Source of the DNA: Hyphochytrium catenoides | Taxonomy: Eukaryota > Protista > Hyphochytriomycota | Direction: 5' to 3' | NCBI GenBank assembly: GCA_900088475.1 | Contig: FLMG01001771.1 | Span: 1 to 64,000 of the forward strand | DNA: 64,000 nucleotides | Shown here: in pieces, positions 61,241 through 64,000 of the stretch | Position numbering within the stretch: the first letter of the stretch is position 1 | How the letters are laid out: every line of letters starts with the position of its first letter | The notes under the pieces: model-generated | Seen by the model: the letters and a program-made list of their open reading frames with translations, nothing else | Told to the model about the DNA's origin: nothing | The model's database searches: none | Program-made: the position numbers and the translations under genes

Positions 61241-64000
61241 ATGAATTCATTCTTCTCGTCTCCACCTGCTACCGCATCATCACCGGCGGCCACGACGGCA
61301 GCAGGGCTCTCTCCCCTGTCAGTAGAAGGCCGTATAACAAAGGAACCTCCTCCACCATCCTCTTGTTCTGGTGGGAGGAGGGGAGAGCCAGAAATGGAGC
61401 GGATTGCTGCAGATCTTGCCCCCAAGCTTCTCGACAGCACAGCTGGAGAGACCGAGCAAAGAATAATGGAGGTAATTAGGGTGGTCCCTCGGCCGCCAAG
61501 CGTCATGTCCGTCGTTTCTCCGGTTTGCAAAGAAGAACAACATCCAACTGAAGAACAACCACAGCAGCAGCAGACGGGGAAGAATGAACACTTTCTCCCT
61601 TTGTCAGTTCTTCCTACACCCCGTCGTTTCCCTCCTCCTGATCCTTTCAATCCTCTTCTTGCTGGTCTTCTTCCTGTACAGCACCAGACGCCGACAGGGC
61701 ATCAGCAGCCATCAACGAGGGGCCAGTCATCACCAAAGCATACCTCTGGAAGCTTGAGGAGTAGTGGGTCACTAGGGAAGAGAAAAGAAGCTACATCTTC
61801 GTCCTTCCCACAGGACAACAACCGAACGGAAGCAAAACGTCCGATGACCCGGCAACAACAGAATGGATCATCGCAGAAGGAGGACCTGTGCTTCACAACT
61901 CGGCTTCAACTGCGCACGATAGCAAATAGGGCTCGCAAACTGGTTGAAGAGGCACCTAGTCACTGCCTGACCGAAGAACAACTTAGGCAACGCCTGCAAC
62001 GCAGCTTCGGTGCCAAACTTTATAATCTCTACAGAGAGTTAGACTATCCGGGGCTGCTGCAAGCCTACTACTTAAAGATTGCAAATGGAAAGGAGGGGTT
62101 TGAAGAAAAAATGGTTTGGCTGTTGGACTCCGACTGGACCAGCAGTTCCGCACTCTATCCCTCCGCTTCCTCCCCCATGATCCTCTCTTCCATTCCTAAA
62201 GAAAGACCCTCTCCTCCTTTCCCTACTACGGAGGCACCATCTCCTTTGCCTCTCATACAGTCGCTGCCCCTTCGCCCAGCAGCAGCTCCTGGAAATGCGC
62301 ATTCCTCCTCCTTTTACCCTGGATGGGGTCAGCAACCGGCGTGGGACGCCATCCCGTGGATGAAAAGAGAGTCAGACACGCAAGGGGACGGCTTCCATCC
62401 AAGGCTGGAGGAAGAAAGCGGTGGCAGGATGGAGAGTGCCTTGGGGAGAAGGAAAAGACAGAACCAAAGGAGCCTGTGTGCCTTGAAGGTGGGATCGGTG
62501 ACTGACGATAGGTTGGACGCCGAAGTGCCAGTATTCTATGTCTCAGCGTCCACATCCCAAAAACTTCTTATGTTGATAGAGGAAGAGCTCTCGCGATGCT
62601 CTGAGCTCTCACTATGCTTCCAAAAACCAAAGCTCGGGGAACTCAGGACGAGAGACAAAGAGCCCGCTACTGTCTGTTGTTATCTCCTCACCATTCTCTC
62701 TGTGTCGGCTGCTATATCTACTGCCCCATCACCGCCGGTACATAATTATGCCTCATCTTCTTCCTTTGCTTCTTCCAGCACGGCGCTAGGTGGAGGGCGA
62801 GAAGAAGAGAAGGGTGGCCAAGAAAAGAAGGTCTTCCTTTTCGAATTGGCACCTAAAAATGGCTCTTCCTACTACCCTTCGTCGCCCATAAGTGACCTGG
62901 TTCGCCGTGTTATTGCGCGCCCTGGGGTCACAAAAGCCGTCTGGACAGACGAGGACGCTCACCTTCCTTCGGGCCCCTGGCAATTCTTCTTAGGGGCCAA
63001 CCCGATGGGAGTCTTTGACATTTATGAGGTGTCCAAGCAGCTCTCTGCTTTCTTGTCCTGGAGCTGTTTACCCGGAGGAGCAGGCAAGAGAACTGAGGAG
63101 GAAGATCGTTGTCCATCAAATACGGTCGGTGATCTTAGTCTGAACAAGCTGTTGAAGCTCTTCAATCTGCCTGTAAACAACCTTAAGGAGATTATGGCCA
63201 AGGAGATGACGGCCATCCTACAGAACGAAAGCGGAGAGAAGAATAGACGCAGAAAATGGACATTCATGCTGAGAAGTCAGCCCATGATCCACTGCGCGAC
63301 ATACGATGTACTGCATCTTTTGGAGCTGAAGAAGAAGCTGGAGGAGAAATGGAAAGAAGCCTGCCGATCGCGCTTTTCCTGCTCCTCTTCTCATCAGCCA
63401 TCGGTTCCCCCTTTTGCTCTTCCTCGTCCTCTTCAAAGTGGGAGTCCTCCGGATCCATCCAAAACAGGAGAGTGTTTCACCAGTCAAGAGATGAGGGACC
63501 GCTTCCTTCCCTTTGGCGTTCCACTCTCTCTTTGTTTTCATTGCGACGTAGATCCTCCGTCCGGGTCGGTACTGTTCCTTCCACTCTATAGCCTGCTGAA
63601 GTCTTCTACTGCTTCTGGCACCTCCTCCAGCAGTAGTGTGAAGGCAGACAAGAATGAGCTTAGGAAAGAGAAGATGGAAGAAGACAAGGATCAACGACAG
63701 GCTAGCGAGAAGACACTGCTTAGAAAGATAATGAGCAAGAGTGCTTTTGGGACAAGAAGAGAAGCACAACTAGAAGCCAAGAAGAAGGTAAGAGACCTCC
63801 CACCACCACTCCTTGCCGGACAGCCGCAGCCACGGCAGTCCATTAGTGCCTCAGACACAGTAGAGGAAGAGAAGAGACGCCACGGCATTAGGAGGCCAAA
63901 CGCAGGCACTGAGGAAGGAAGACCAGCACACCGCAGAGGTGCTGAAGAGGGAAATGGAAGAGGAAGAGAATCCGAGAAGAAAGAGCAGGAAGGAGGCGAG
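61241..64000 (+). CDS. Large ORF (at least 920 aa, 3'-partial): low-complexity N-terminus, LOTUS/winged-helix-like segment, inactive EXD1/Egalitarian-like DEDDy 3'-5' exonuclease domain
   Basis: ATG at 61241 after an in-frame TAG (61235-61237); no stop to the window end, hence omitted by the ORF track. Exonuclease-fold motifs at about 62525-63350: VFYV..LSLCFQK, KVFLFEL, VIARPGVTKAVW, GVFDIY, SLNKLLKLFNLPVNNLK, W..RSQPMIHCATYDVLHLLELKKKL. Confidence 0.75.
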   Translation, partial: MNSFFSSPPATASSPAATTAAGLSPLSVEGRITKEPPPPSSCSGGRRGEPEMERIAADLAPKLLDSTAGETEQRIMEVIRVVPRPPSVMSVVSPVCKEEQHPTEEQPQQQQTGKNEHFLPLSVLPTPRRFPPPDPFNPLLAGLLPVQHQTPTGHQQPSTRGQSSPKHTSGSLRSSGSLGKRKEATSSSFPQDNNRTEAKRPMTRQQQNGSSQKEDLCFTTRLQLRTIANRARKLVEEAPSHCLTEEQLRQRLQRSFGAKLYNLYRELDYPGLLQAYYLKIANGKEGFEEKMVWLLDSDWTSSSALYPSASSPMILSSIPKERPSPPFPTTEAPSPLPLIQSLPLRPAAAPGNAHSSSFYPGWGQQPAWDAIPWMKRESDTQGDGFHPRLEEESGGRMESALGRRKRQNQRSLCALKVGSVTDDRLDAEVPVFYVSASTSQKLLMLIEEELSRCSELSLCFQKPKLGELRTRDKEPATVCCYLLTILSVSAAISTAPSPPVHNYASSSSFASSSTALGGGREEEKGGQEKKVFLFELAPKNGSSYYPSSPISDLVRRVIARPGVTKAVWTDEDAHLPSGPWQFFLGANPMGVFDIYEVSKQLSAFLSWSCLPGGAGKRTEEEDRCPSNTVGDLSLNKLLKLFNLPVNNLKEIMAKEMTAILQNESGEKNRRRKWTFMLRSQPMIHCATYDVLHLLELKKKLEEKWKEACRSRFSCSSSHQPSVPPFALPRPLQSGSPPDPSKTGECFTSQEMRDRFLPFGVPLSLCFHCDVDPPSGSVLFLPLYSLLKSSTASGTSSSSSVKADKNELRKEKMEEDKDQRQASEKTLLRKIMSKSAFGTRREAQLEAKKKVRDLPPPLLAGQPQPRQSISASDTVEEEKRRHGIRRPNAGTEEGRPAHRRGAEEGNGRGRESEKKEQEGGE

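Noticed and set aside
60350-63909. Many minus-strand and off-frame ORFs listed in the track
   Set aside because: Shadows of the long plus-strand frame or of low-complexity sequence.

Overview
Eukaryotic nuclear DNA (about 50% GC, standard genetic code, many short GT-AG introns, two N gaps) from a flagellated protist; several proteins look stramenopile-like, but the taxon is only an inference. No rRNA, tRNA, CRISPR array or intact transposon was recognised. Splicing exons by hand gives about 15 genes: a Pro/Thr/Trp repeat protein (3' end only), a 10-exon TPR protein, a mitochondrial PPR protein, an intronless RING protein with a giant-virus/bacterial-type N-terminal domain, a membrane-anchored LEA2-like + GH16 glucanase, a CoA-type mitochondrial carrier with an SCaMC-like EF-hand N-terminus, an EEF1AKMT4/METTL13-type methyltransferase, CFAP96, CFAP47, a TBC1D7-like protein, a CEP83-like coiled-coil protein, TIM9, calpain-7, ARL6 and EMC7. 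The most notable feature is absent from the ORF track because it runs off the window end: an uninterrupted frame of at least 920 codons (61241 to >64000) encoding a LOTUS/winged-helix-like segment followed by a catalytically degenerate EXD1/Egalitarian-type DEDDy exonuclease fold, a candidate RNA-silencing or RNA-localisation factor. Family assignments come from motif recognition, not database searches.
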